This document shows positions 24,498-35,629 of a stretch of 64,000 nt of DNA, piece after piece; the stretch's first letter is position 1, and every line of letters begins with the position of its first letter. The notes below the pieces were generated by a model that was given only the letters and a program-made list of their open reading frames with translations, had not been told where the DNA came from and made no database searches. The DNA comes from Perkinsus olseni. Lineage: Eukaryota. Location of the stretch: the NCBI GenBank assembly GCA_013115125.1, contig JABANN010000011.1, positions 1-64,000 on the forward strand, written 5' to 3'. The position numbers were made by a program, and so were the translations under genes.

Positions 24498-27191
24498 TTA
24501 TTCATTGGGGTTGTTGTTGTTGGCGGCCTCAGACTCTTCCTCTTCTTCTTGGACGGCCTCCACGGGCGGCTGCGGCAAGGTGAAGGGGAAACCTGAGAAT
24601 TGCGTAAAAGTTGGTAACAACAAAACCCTGCGATGTAACTCACCAGCAGCAGCAGCAAGGAACTTCAGAGAAGACTCGCTGCAGGTGGAGTCTCCCGTTT
24701 CGCCCTTGCGCCTAGGCCTCCCGTTGATGCGGTGATTGCCACCGTTCAAAGGACAATCCGGGCTGGTATTGCCGCTGTTGTTGGTCGAGCTACTGCTCGA
24801 GGACGACCCACCAGTGGTAGCAGAGGTCACAGCAGGGACCGCCATGGTGACGGCGACGGCAGTATCAGTGGCCATCATCATCTCCGGAGGAGGGCCGGAA
24901 GGTGGGGGTGGAGGTGGTGGCAAGTCTGCAGTCGGGAATTCCTCGACCTCGTCCACAGCAGTATCCACCGAAGCTGCAGGGGCGGCGACCTCCTCCTCAA
25001 GCAGGCGTCTGTAGAGCTCGGCAGTAGTGCTGGCCATGACCGTGTCAGTGGAAGTGGTAGGGTTACTAGCGGTCGCAGCCATTCTTGCATTAACAGCTTG
25101 GACGATGAGATTGAACTCGGGACGAGGTCCTAGACCCAGGATTGAAGGGCCAAGCTCCCTCTCCAGCTGAGCAGCTCTAACACGGGCCTCCTTCACCAGG
25201 CTGGTCTGAATGGTCGAACGCAGGTGACGTCTCAACCTCTCCTGCAGCGCGATGTGCGGGGGCAACTTGTCGAGGTCGATCTCGCCTTCATCTTTCTTGG
25301 AAGTTTTGTCGTTTTTGTTGGTGTTCAGGAGAGAGGCATACTGCTCGTAGTTAGAGGACGACGAGGCGACCTTGGGGGCAGACGGCAGTCCGCTGACGAC
25401 CGAGCGAGTGGTGCTGTCGCCATCAGTGGCCGTGCTAAGAAGGACCCCGAGTCCGAGACGGAAGTAACAGGCGAAAAACGCCTACCTTGAGAAATGCGAG
25501 ATCCGGGAATCCGGCGAGGATCCACAATCACCGCTAGCAGCGCGGACGTCGTTGAACGTCTCAGCCTGCTTAGCAGCTTGACGGTGTTGGTAAGGGGTGT
25601 AGATCTGCAAGGCCAATCATACCGATCTGTAGCCGGCAAGGGTCACTCACCAGTATGTTGGCATGCTCGGAGACATGAGGGTTGCCTCTGATACCCTCGG
25701 TAATGGCACAGCCCGCTAGAGTACACTGACTGGCGGAACCGGTGATGTTGACGATACGCTACAACAGCGAGGCGGAATCAACTACTATCGAGAACACGAT
25801 AAGTTCTACTACCTCCAACACCCCATTAAGACGAGGAGAGATCTGTATGTGGACGCCGCAGGTCATGGCAAGTTGCCTGAACCACAACCACCTCCAGAAG
25901 GAGGTCTAGAGCACTCGGACTGCTGACCTGATATCCTTGCCCTGACGGCCCATCAGGGTGCCAACACTGGAGTTGGGGACGATCAAGCGGAGGACCATCG
26001 GCAACGGGCGAGGGCGATTAGGTACCTGACCGAAGGAGCGTTCAACCAAGATACCCGTGACCAAGGCGACCTACATTAGTGGTGCCAAGGAAGGTCGACT
26101 TAGCATCTTCCTGCGCCTGAGCGACCTGGTTGCAGAACTCGAACTTATTAACCACCTCCTGCAAAGCCTGACAGAGAAAACAGATACCACTCGTCGCAGC
26201 ACATGACCGACGGCCTACCGCGCGAATATTCGGCAGCTTGCCGCAGAGGACCATAATGCGGTCATTGGTGCCGGGAAAGTAGCTGCCCCCAGGAGAGACC
26301 TTGGCCGTCACTTGAGCCGCCTGAGCCATGACAATCAACTACCGACAGACCTAGAGTCTGTATTTGCTTACCTTCTCCATGGTAGCAATTTCCGCGCCGT
26401 TCTTACCGATGATAGCCCCGGCCTGCTTGTGCGTAATGAGAATCTTGCAGAAGCACTGTTCCGCGTTTAGAACTGTATTCCCTGAGGTGAAACGAAGTTC
26501 ATACACATTACAGTCGTGATGGTAGCATAAAGCAGCTTGACATCAGAGAAAGGTTTCTTACAAGCATTGGCCGCCACATGGGGGCCTTCGAGTGCTCCAA
26601 GCATGCTGGCGATGGTCTCTGAGTTCTGCATTAAATCTCCGATCAAACCTGAATGATCACATCTTCAGCCCAAGGACGACTCTCAACGACGAGCTCACTC
26701 TTGGGGTCCGCTCCCGAGGCGAGGACGTCCTCTATCATAGCGGTTGCCTGGGATGCCGTCATCTCATCTTCGGCCGTTGGTGCTGCTGTGGCCAAAGGGG
26801 CAGCAGCAGCCTCGGTGCCAAGAGCAGTGCCGGTTACGATACTGATAAAGTCGGCGGCCTGTGGAGGGTTATCGGAACTGCCAAGCACACACAACTACAA
26901 CGCTGCCTCGAGCCAGACCGCTTACGTTAGGGTCTGGTTCTGCTGAATATTGGCTTGTAGAGGGCGAGCCTGCTGTGGCTGCTGCTGGCGGCCGCCCACT
27001 TGCGAATTCTGCATCTCGTAGAAATGACTTGAGTTGAACTGATGGTCTCCGATCATGCTCGGAGCCTCAAGATTATTGTTGCCTCGGCGATACCCCTGAA
27101 TCCATGCACTGGCACCAGCAGCGGTATCTTCATTGCTGATGCTGTTGTTGGTGTTAACAGTGACTGTTGGCTTCGGAATATCAACAGCCAT
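24498..27191 (-). CDS. KH-domain RNA-binding protein (NOVA/PCBP-like), multi-exon
   Basis: KILITHKQAGAIIGKNGAEI..AKVSPGGSYFPGTNDRIM and LRLIVPNSSVGTLMGRQGKDI are two GxxG KH domains; low-complexity N- and C-termini. Confidence 0.85.
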
Positions 27192-27364
27192 GAGTGTGGT
27201 TAACGATAGTGTTGTAGTGCTATTAGCTGAAAGAGGGCAACGACGATAATCAGCAACTCCATACCATCCAAAACGTAACACTAGTAATCTCGAAACCATC
27301 TGCATCTAGAACAAGTGCAACAACTGCGACATGCTCATGCACACCATGCAGTCCTTATCCCCAC

Positions 27365-29149
27365 TCAGCCGTCACCTCTGCTGTGCAGCTGCTCCACAAT
27401 GATGTCTATTATGATGCCACTAGTGATGGCCAGAGGAGAATCCGGGTACAAATCCCGGAAGAAGTTCTTCCGCTGCGAGACAATAGGGTTGGTCGCGGCC
27501 GTCTTGTTGGTCACCGCCGCCCCGAGCGGCTCTGGCTGCCAATTGCCAGACGCGTAGTCTAGACAGGACTGGAAGTCACAGGGCTTTGCCGGGTCAGGGT
27601 GGCAGTTGAAGAAGGACTTCGACCAGTGTATACCATCCCTCGAGAGCTCCTGTCTAGCAAGTGTCATCTCGTAGGCATCCTCAATAGCAACGACGTCGAA
27701 CTCACGACCCACACGACTGGCGACCGCGTTAGCTTCCCGGAGCCTCTTCCTCCCATAGAAGATGTCGAAGGCGCACCAGGACACACGAAGGTCCTTCGGA
27801 CACGCACATCGGCGACCAACAGGCTGCGTGGTGGGCTTGAAAATGATGACACAGTTCGGACAGGCCTTCCGGACCGCCCCAAAGAGCTTCTTAAGCAGCT
27901 TACCATGATAAGCAATGCTTACCTTCTTCAGGGTGTGGAGATTCTCTCCAATCACCACGACCGTCGGCCGGGCCTTCTTGACCCGTTCAGCAATGGCATC
28001 GATGCTGCGCCAGCCGCCAGCGCGCATCGTACGACCATCGCACATGAAGGGGTCATCCTCACCGGAGTACATGAGCTCGTAGGACCCCCACACGCTCTCG
28101 TAATGAACTCCGACCTTGGCAAACTGCAGCAGCTCCGCCATGGCCTCCGACTGAGTCCAGAAGCGCCAGATGTCTTCAACCGTAGAGTCGCCGATGAAGA
28201 GAACTTTCTTCTTCCTCATGACCTTCCTTAACCACTTGTTCGCGAGCTTGCCCAACAGAAAAGGCTTCCGCCCGGGATTGAACCAGACGTAGTTGTCGGA
28301 GCGGTCGTAGTCCACCACTTCCAACTCGCAGTCCCTCATCGCCCTCTCTACGACCGTGTAATGCAGCCACTGTGGCTGAGTCCTAGGGAGCCTGCTGCAA
28401 TCGATAGATACCGGTAGGGCCTCAACGACAATACGGCTAAGTCGTGGGAGAACCTCAGCTCCCAGATAGACTGCGGTTGAGTTCAAGGGCCAGAACATGT
28501 CGAGTGAGGCCACCCTGGTAGGGTTCTTAGCGACCTTGGAGCACACCCGAGCCCGATCCGGAAGGGACACGTCCGGTTCCAGGGCAGCGTGATCAGCTAT
28601 GCGCTCAACCGAGACCGAGAGAAAGTACTGTCCTCCAACCACCAGTTGCGCGACCGCTAGGTAGAGGCAGTCCGGGCCTGCGACCACAGTGCGGGCTACG
28701 GTGAAATCGACGGGCAGGATGGCCGGGCCCCTGAGGACGCCAAAGAGCTCATCGTTGCAGCCGAGTTCGCCAGTTACCACACTTGATCGGAGCGGGCCAG
28801 CCACACGTACACGGAGGAGACCGTCAGCGGTGGTCGTGGCGCCCAGGAGGCGGTAGCGCGACCGCTCCTCGCGGCACCACGGGTCAGCATCACACTCCCC
28901 TTCACAATTTTTGACCGGGCATAGAGTACCGGAGACACCCCTGAGAGGGTCGTTGCAGTAGGGCGGGCTTTGGCGAGAGGGCAGCTCCGAGTGATGGCAA
29001 GAGTGGCCAGGGGGAAGTGGGATCAGCACCAGGGGGACTTCAGGCGATGGCCCGACCATGGGGAAGTGGCCTCTGTAGATTAGTACCAGAACGAAGGACA
29101 CTGCGGAGACGACCAGGGCGGAGCGGAGCATCGAGGACCGACTAGGCAT
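27365..29149 (-). CDS. NXPE/PC-esterase-like SGNH-fold type II membrane protein, intronless
   Basis: N-terminal TM (ALVVSAVSFVLVLIY), Cys-rich stalk, Ig-like segment, KKVLFIGDST and DAYEMT..SRDGIHW (GDS...DxxH). ORF is open to 29530; ATG 29149 chosen as likely start. Confidence 0.75.
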   Translation of the reverse strand: MPSRSSMLRSALVVSAVSFVLVLIYRGHFPMVGPSPEVPLVLIPLPPGHSCHHSELPSRQSPPYCNDPLRGVSGTLCPVKNCEGECDADPWCREERSRYRLLGATTTADGLLRVRVAGPLRSSVVTGELGCNDELFGVLRGPAILPVDFTVARTVVAGPDCLYLAVAQLVVGGQYFLSVSVERIADHAALEPDVSLPDRARVCSKVAKNPTRVASLDMFWPLNSTAVYLGAEVLPRLSRIVVEALPVSIDCSRLPRTQPQWLHYTVVERAMRDCELEVVDYDRSDNYVWFNPGRKPFLLGKLANKWLRKVMRKKKVLFIGDSTVEDIWRFWTQSEAMAELLQFAKVGVHYESVWGSYELMYSGEDDPFMCDGRTMRAGGWRSIDAIAERVKKARPTVVVIGENLHTLKKVSIAYHGKLLKKLFGAVRKACPNCVIIFKPTTQPVGRRCACPKDLRVSWCAFDIFYGRKRLREANAVASRVGREFDVVAIEDAYEMTLARQELSRDGIHWSKSFFNCHPDPAKPCDFQSCLDYASGNWQPEPLGAAVTNKTAATNPIVSQRKNFFRDLYPDSPLAITSGIIIDIIVEQLHSRGDG

Positions 29150-31372
29150 AGCATTAAGAAGAGGAAGCCAACGCGACCTGGCGCGACCAGTGACCTCCGA
29201 AAGCCTTCCACGAACACTCAGACGGCTGCCGGCGGAAGGGAAAACAGTCTCAAACGGCTGAGGGGTTGGAGCGGCCTCAGGAGCCCCCTCAGTGGCTGCA
29301 GTCCGCTCACCCCACCCCAAGCTACGAGACGGTACCCGCTTGCCACCACAGTCCCCGTCTCGGCTGCTACGGTCGCACAATGAAACGACCGGCCGCCGGG
29401 GGGCCCACCTACTGTTAACCAGAGAGATGACTAGACCACAGCCGCTCATTGAGGCGACCAGGCAGCTACAAGGGAGGTGGAGCGGCCAGAATGGGCCGAC
29501 GAAGGGCCTGAAAGAGGAAAACGCGACCAAAGAAGCAACCTAAGAAGCATGTTGCGCAGATGGTAAACGTCACGCGCCGCAAAAATCGGGCGAGCGAGAC
29601 TGTTCTCCAGGTTCAATCCCTGCGCCTGACATTTTTCCGGACTTTTTTCGCAACGCGCGAATGCCGCGAAACCCGTGAAGGTTTACCGTACGAATTAGTC
29701 AACGCTAGCCAACAGTTCTCGGAAATACGCTCATCGATGCAGCACTTGCGGTCCTTGCACAAGCGTCGGTCTTGGCGCAGGACCTACTCTTCAACTACTG
29801 TTGCTGCAGACGCTGGTTGTTTTCCGCCGCTACAATAATGTCCTCCGCCAGTGAGAGGATCAACAAGCTCGTCCGGCGAAGGAAGGTAATAGGCTGTGAG
29901 GTGGCGGGGCTTGGGCACTGCAGGCTTCAGGCTCGGATACTCGAGGAGATCTTGCACGAACACGCCCACTGTCACTGCGGGGACGCTCACTGTGGAGAGC
30001 GGGAGATGGTGGAAGAAGAGTCTGAGAGGGAGGATGTGTAGTAACGGATGACGGGAGTTGAATCAATAGGGAGAGTAACAGCCTCGAGGGAAGATACCGT
30101 ATCAGCCCTGACCTAGGAGCTCTGTTGGGTGCATGGTTCGTCAACCACGAAACGCTGCCGCTGTTCAGAACTTCATCACCAGTCAAGGCAACCGAACAGA
30201 AGCAGGAGGAGGAGGGACGCCCTACTCCCTCCCCGTTGAAGCGACCTCAGCCCTCAGCCGAGGTGCCCGTCAGGTAATAATTCTTCGAAGCGTGCGGAAG
30301 TGAGATGGCATTCCCAGAGAGAAGGCGAAGCGGGCGAAGACCGGGCCGGTCGAGCCTAGGGAAAAACTGGACCTCCAAGAGCCGTTGGACTTCGGAAAGA
30401 GGATGTCCCATACAGATGCTGCCGTGAGAGTCAAGGGCTTCAAGATGCTCGCTAGATGGCTTGGTAAGCAGAGGGTCTCTCGCATTGCCGGTCATCTCCT
30501 ATGAAGGTGCCCACTGGAAGTCTCTCGGCGAGCACGATGCTCGGAAGCTCTGGCGTGGACTTTGGTTCGTCCTGTGGATGGCCGATGGCCGAGGAGTTCA
30601 GCAGAATGTAATACACACGACTGCGTAATCGTGCCGTCCTTCTATTGCCATCTTCGCCAGACCGCGGCCCAAATGGTTCAGCTGTCTCGGGTATTCACGG
30701 ACGAGGCCGCCTACTTGTTATGGTGGAAGGCCTTTTGGTTCACGGTCAATGAGCAATGGGAAAAGGTAGTGACTCTGGACCAGTAATTTCGCGGCGCGCG
30801 ACACTATTCTCAGTTGGATAAGCACCGCATTAACAAGTACCAGCTCCTTCTACGTATTGCCGTAGCAGAGCTGCTGAATCACTCCATGAAGGTCCAGAGC
30901 ATCGACTCTCTCCGGAGACTGTTGGATGAGGATATTCTGGACAGGAAGAAATGTAGTGCATGGGGTGCTTGAGACCGGGTGGCCGAAAGTATTGCTCCCT
31001 CACACGCCGTGAGATCAGCGACACTCGACCTCTATTCACGTGGACAGTGAACAGTATTTCATTCCTCTGAAGTCCCAGAAAGCTCTCCCAGGCCTGCTGC
31101 TTATCTTAGTCTTCCCGTCTATGCACTCGGTGCGCCATCAATCGACCCATGTTGTGCTTGACTATAGACCGCAGCCGTGTTTGTATCCAGCGGCTCCACA
31201 ATTATGCTCAATCACGCCAAATTTGATAGCGCGGTGCGCCTTCACACTTGCGGGAGGTTTTCGTGTCTCGTGGCTACGTTTTCCGTTGCGACTACATCTT
31301 CAACTTACGCAGTCACAGAACCCACTCCGGGAGGGGGTTTGATCTCCAGTGTTCTCAGGCACCCCATCTGTA

Positions 31373-31744
31373 GTGATGCATTGTGCTCGTGTCTTCTGGG
31401 ACGAATGGGCGGCTGAGATCAAGGCCGTCGACGATGACTCCAAGAGCGCCGTTCTCACGACAGATTTCACTTTGCTGCGTCCCTGGATCAAGTGCGTTCG
31501 AGTCTGCAGTGTGAAGGCGGTCGTGGATGAGATCTACCTGTCCCTGCTACTGAAGACTCCTGTGAAGCAGTGGGTGCCGGAGGTCCGCACATGGATGTAC
31601 AAAATCGGCGAGAATACCAGGACTGAGGATATGCAGCGGGAGGAGGCGTATGCTGCTGTCGATCAGCTGGAGAAGAGGATGAAGAAAGAAGGTAGTACGG
31701 CGTGTGGTCAATGGGGCTGGCTGTTTACTGGACAGTCTCTGTAA
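31373..31744 (+). CDS. Small hypothetical protein or gene fragment
   Basis: Coding-like 131-aa ORF (VFWDEWAAEIKAVDDD..VDQLEKRMKKE). No family recognised. Confidence 0.35.
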   Translation: MMHCARVFWDEWAAEIKAVDDDSKSAVLTTDFTLLRPWIKCVRVCSVKAVVDEIYLSLLLKTPVKQWVPEVRTWMYKIGENTRTEDMQREEAYAAVDQLEKRMKKEGSTACGQWGWLFTGQSL

Positions 31745-32039
31745 TGCAAAGCGTCACGCGCCACGAAATTCCTACCGTCGTTCTTGATAGGTATCCCTAT
31801 CACCGACTAGGCTGTTCCTTTACTACCAACGTCAAACGTCTAATACCAATACTGTTTCCTCGCCTTATGGCCGGAGCGCTGCGTTACAGTGTTAAGTCGA
31901 GGCATGGGGAGTGGCTCAGTTGTTGGCTTGTCCACGATGGAGTCCGGCAATGCTGTTCTTCAGACTATACAGTCATGTGAGAATCAAAGAGCTTACAAGC
32001 TACTTAAACAGCGAGAGGTAGTAACTCAGGGGCTGTGGG

Positions 32040-34167
32040 ATGGGTGATAAGTCGCGGAAGGAAGCCGCCTTCTGTGCGGTCGTCGGTTGGGCGTATCCTC
32101 CACTTGAGAGTCCGATTCGAAGACCACGGCAGAGTATTTGGTTAGCCATCCTCATGCGTAATTGGCTCTGCACTTCAGGCCAGCCGCGATAAGTTGACGA
32201 AGGAGCGGAAGGATATTGAACATCAGACGGAAAAATTGGCTAAGAGGTGGTATAGAGTAGACTAAGTAGATGGTGTCACCATCCACTTGCAGAGCCATGG
32301 CCCCCTCCGCGGCAACGAGCAAGCTGGAGACGTTAGAGGCTGAGTTCAGTAAGCAGACGGTCGGTCTGCAGTCACGGTAGTAGCCTTGGGGAGACTGTGT
32401 TCTTGCTGGGCTACGTTCGGGTGGGCAGGTCTGATTACTTGGCCAAGCGGAAGAAGATAGATGACCTTCTGAAAGAGGGAATTACGGGAGAGGCGCATCC
32501 GACAGAAGATGCACCACCCTTACAGAAGAGTAAGGACCCCACCGATTGCTGCTCCTCCACAATGTTCGAACCGGAAAATAGCCTCTACCGTGATGGCCTG
32601 TCTTTGTCGAGTAGGCGAGCCTCCGGTAGCTAAGAAACGCAAGTCGATAAACAAGGTGGCTCTGTCGTTCTGTGATTCGGAGGAAGACGATTCCAGTAGT
32701 AGTGAGGCTGAGGACAGCGAGGGAGCTCAGAAGGAGGCCGTCATACCCAAGTTGAAGAAGGTAGTGAGGGACGTAGGCTAGACCACTGCCTTCCTCGGTG
32801 GCCGTGAAAACGCCCCTATGGATAGGCCCTCGGCGGCAGAGACGTCGTAGGAGTTGTCGATCTTCCTTTGGGTGGAATGCTTTTCAAAGCCTCCGAACGC
32901 TCGATTTGAGTATCTCGACCGGAGGTGGGAGTGCTGATAGGAGGCAAAATGACTAATTGCTATGTTCTGTGCATTTTCGGAGAGGACTTCGGGATTCTTT
33001 ATCGCCGTCCGTGACCGAATCTTCGTACAGGACCCGAATGCGAAGACAGACTTCCTTCCCGATGCTGAGAGGGACGCCTCTCTCGAACACGATAGACAAA
33101 GGCTCGTGAGGGAGTACTACGAGGAACAGGAAAAACAAAAGGGTGAGTTTGTACTAGGACAGAAAGAAACTCCACAACCGTGTTGAGCAGGGCTGCCACT
33201 GAGGGTCACTTACAGCTACTTTAACGGCACCAATCATCGGCGGACCATCGGAGTCACGCAGGGCTGTACCGTCACTGACTTCCTGGCACGATGCAAGGAC
33301 CAGGTAGGTCCCAAGTAGCCACCGGCTTCCTCGATCGTGCGCTTCCTTGCAGCTGGAGGCAGATTTCCCAGAGCTCAAGAGCCGCAACATCGGCGGTGAG
33401 TTGTGGCGGGGTGACTGTCGACCCTGAGGCATGCCGTTTGGTGTTGTTAGGGAGCTCCTGGGATGAGTTGCTGTTCGTGAAGGAGGACGTTATCCTACCC
33501 GGCAACTTGACCTTCCACGCCCTGATAAGGGATGAAGCCCGAAGCCAAGTGAACGGACTGTAAGATGACTGATGCCTTCGTTCTCCTCCTCAGCGACTAC
33601 GACTAAACCATGTCGATTCCAGAAATTTTCTCCTCGGTTTTTTTCATGTTTTTCCAAACGGGATGACAGAGTAGGAATCCGAAAATTTTGATATTTTCCC
33701 AGGGAGGTAAAATATCGATCGCCTGAAATTGGAATGGAAATTTCTGCGACGAGATGGCAATCCACGGGATTGGTCGGGAAATGGGGTAGTCGTTTCAGCT
33801 GTAGGCCAATCGCTCACCTTTGTAAATGCTATATGACTAAGCAGGCTGGCATATACGCTCCGTGCTTCCCTCCACGTTGAGCTTGAGCGTGTCTATGATA
33901 CGCCATATGTGCATCAGGCCCCTGTACCAGTTCGAGGTTGATGATGGCGGTTTGGGCATTGGTGACATTCGGGCGACCAAGAACAGAAGCAATCCAGGTG
34001 AGATTGATCAGGGCTCATCATTGTCACCAAGTCCCTCAGGTAAAATAGTCGACCGGAAATGGTACGAGGAGAACAAGCATGTGTTTCCGGCGAATAAGTG
34101 GGAACCCTACGACCCCACCAAAAGCGCTAGCGCTGAGTCAAAAGCCAAGCTGCAGAGTTTAACCTGA
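32040..34167 (+). CDS. FAM50: XAP5/FAM50 family nuclear (spliceosome-associated) protein
   Basis: LEAEFSKQTVGL; ALSFCDSEEDD; DPNAKTDFLPDAERD; VTYSYFNGTNHRR; LLFVKEDVILP..TFH; PLYQFEV; GKIVDRKWYEENKHVFPANKWEPYDP. Confidence 0.95.
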
Positions 34168-34247
34168 GATTTGACTATTATTGCGTTGTGGATCCTTTCG
34201 ATAGGCCTTGGTGTAGTCTTCGGGCGCTCAGCTTGTTTTCACTAAGT

Positions 34248-35300
34248 ATGGGAGCCAGCGCTTCACAGCCGGAAGAAAAGGAGGAGGAGAAGACTCCCTT
34301 CTACCCGAACCAGGTTATATACACCGACGCATTTTTGCAGTCTGCAGGGAAGGAAGGCACACAGTATGAGGACAGTGCTGAGGAGTCGCCAGCGGGGTCC
34401 GATGGGAATGACAATGAAGATGATGATGATTATGACATGTGAGTCAACGGCTCCATGAGCCTTCGCATTTTTCGCAATGCAATTACTGGCCGCGATAGAT
34501 CAGACTAAAAGTAGCAGCAGTGCTGCTACAGCACAATTTCTGCAGTACTGAACAATATTGATCACTAATCTCTATGTGAGAAGTAGGTATACGTCACCAC
34601 CTTAACGTCATAATGTGGTACCGTACATGTCGTATGCGGCAAGGTCATAGATATTCCGTCCTGCAATGTGGTTGTCCGTGGTGTTCGATTTCTCCTCCTC
34701 AGAAACAGCATGCATGTTTCCACGGCTATGGGTGGTCTCGGAGCCGGCGAAAGTGAAGATGCCAAACGCGCGTAAGGCTATTCTCCGCTCCATCTCCGAT
34801 CCGTGGACGGGTAGTTTTTCAGGTCGGAAGGGGATGGTAAGGATGCGCAAACCAGGGCCTTCGTTAATGAGGCGGAGAAGTTCCGGCAAATGGCTGATTC
34901 GATGACGAAGTCCATGCTCGAGAAGACTACGGACTTGAAGGAGAAATACCCTCCGTAATGTGGATGCTGTCGTTTTCAGGACAGGTTTAATATATTTTAT
35001 ATTCCCTAGACTCCTATAATGTTAAATATGATTATTGGTAGTTTCATTTTACCATATTTTTCATAATATCCTTAAGATGGACATGCGGTTTTAGGGCGCA
35101 TCGACGAGACGATGTTTGCGACTACGCAAGACAGGCAGTTTATCAGTGTTATCAGGACCATGGGGATAAGCTGGATTGTAAAGGTGGGAAGGATAGGGCC
35201 GGCTAGTGCTGAGGGTTGGAATGCTGGTCTACGATCAGATTTGGTGGACTCCTACAAGCAGTGTGCCGAGAAGGCTGCGGCGTCGCGGAAAGACCACTAG
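34248..35300 (+). CDS. Small predicted N-myristoylated acidic/coiled-coil protein
   Basis: MGASAS start, acidic tract, later exons AFVNEAEKFRQMADSMTK.. and LVDSYKQCAEK. Confidence 0.45.
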
Positions 35301-35629
35301 CCCCTTCATTTGTGTTTCACCTTATGCTTCATATCGGGACTGTTGGGTTTTACTAGTTAACTGTCAGTGTAACTGTTGGGTTAATAATTTTCGTTCCGAA
35401 ATTATTATTATTCTGCAAGCACCTCTCTATTGAGGTCGCTCATTATCTCAGTAGCTCGGGCGTACGAATGGCTTCTTACCATTCTCTATCTCTCGCCAAG
35501 AAGTACCCCGTAGGCTATTAGACAACAGTATCTCAACTCCTCCGTAAAGCGGCGTAGATGGCGCTCTCGGTCCGCTACCCGGAGGGATGGAGGTTGTCAA
35601 CGATCCACGAACATCAGGAGCCATGAACA

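Noticed and set aside
27599..28231. 210-aa plus-strand ORF and many similar antisense ORFs (e.g. 1357-1800, 2739-3275, 45988-46551)
   Set aside because: They are shadows of GC-rich coding sequence on the opposite strand with no recognisable motifs.
29760..31340. Possible transposon remnant in the strand-switch region
   Set aside because: No terminal repeats, target-site duplication or recognisable transposase motif could be identified by eye.
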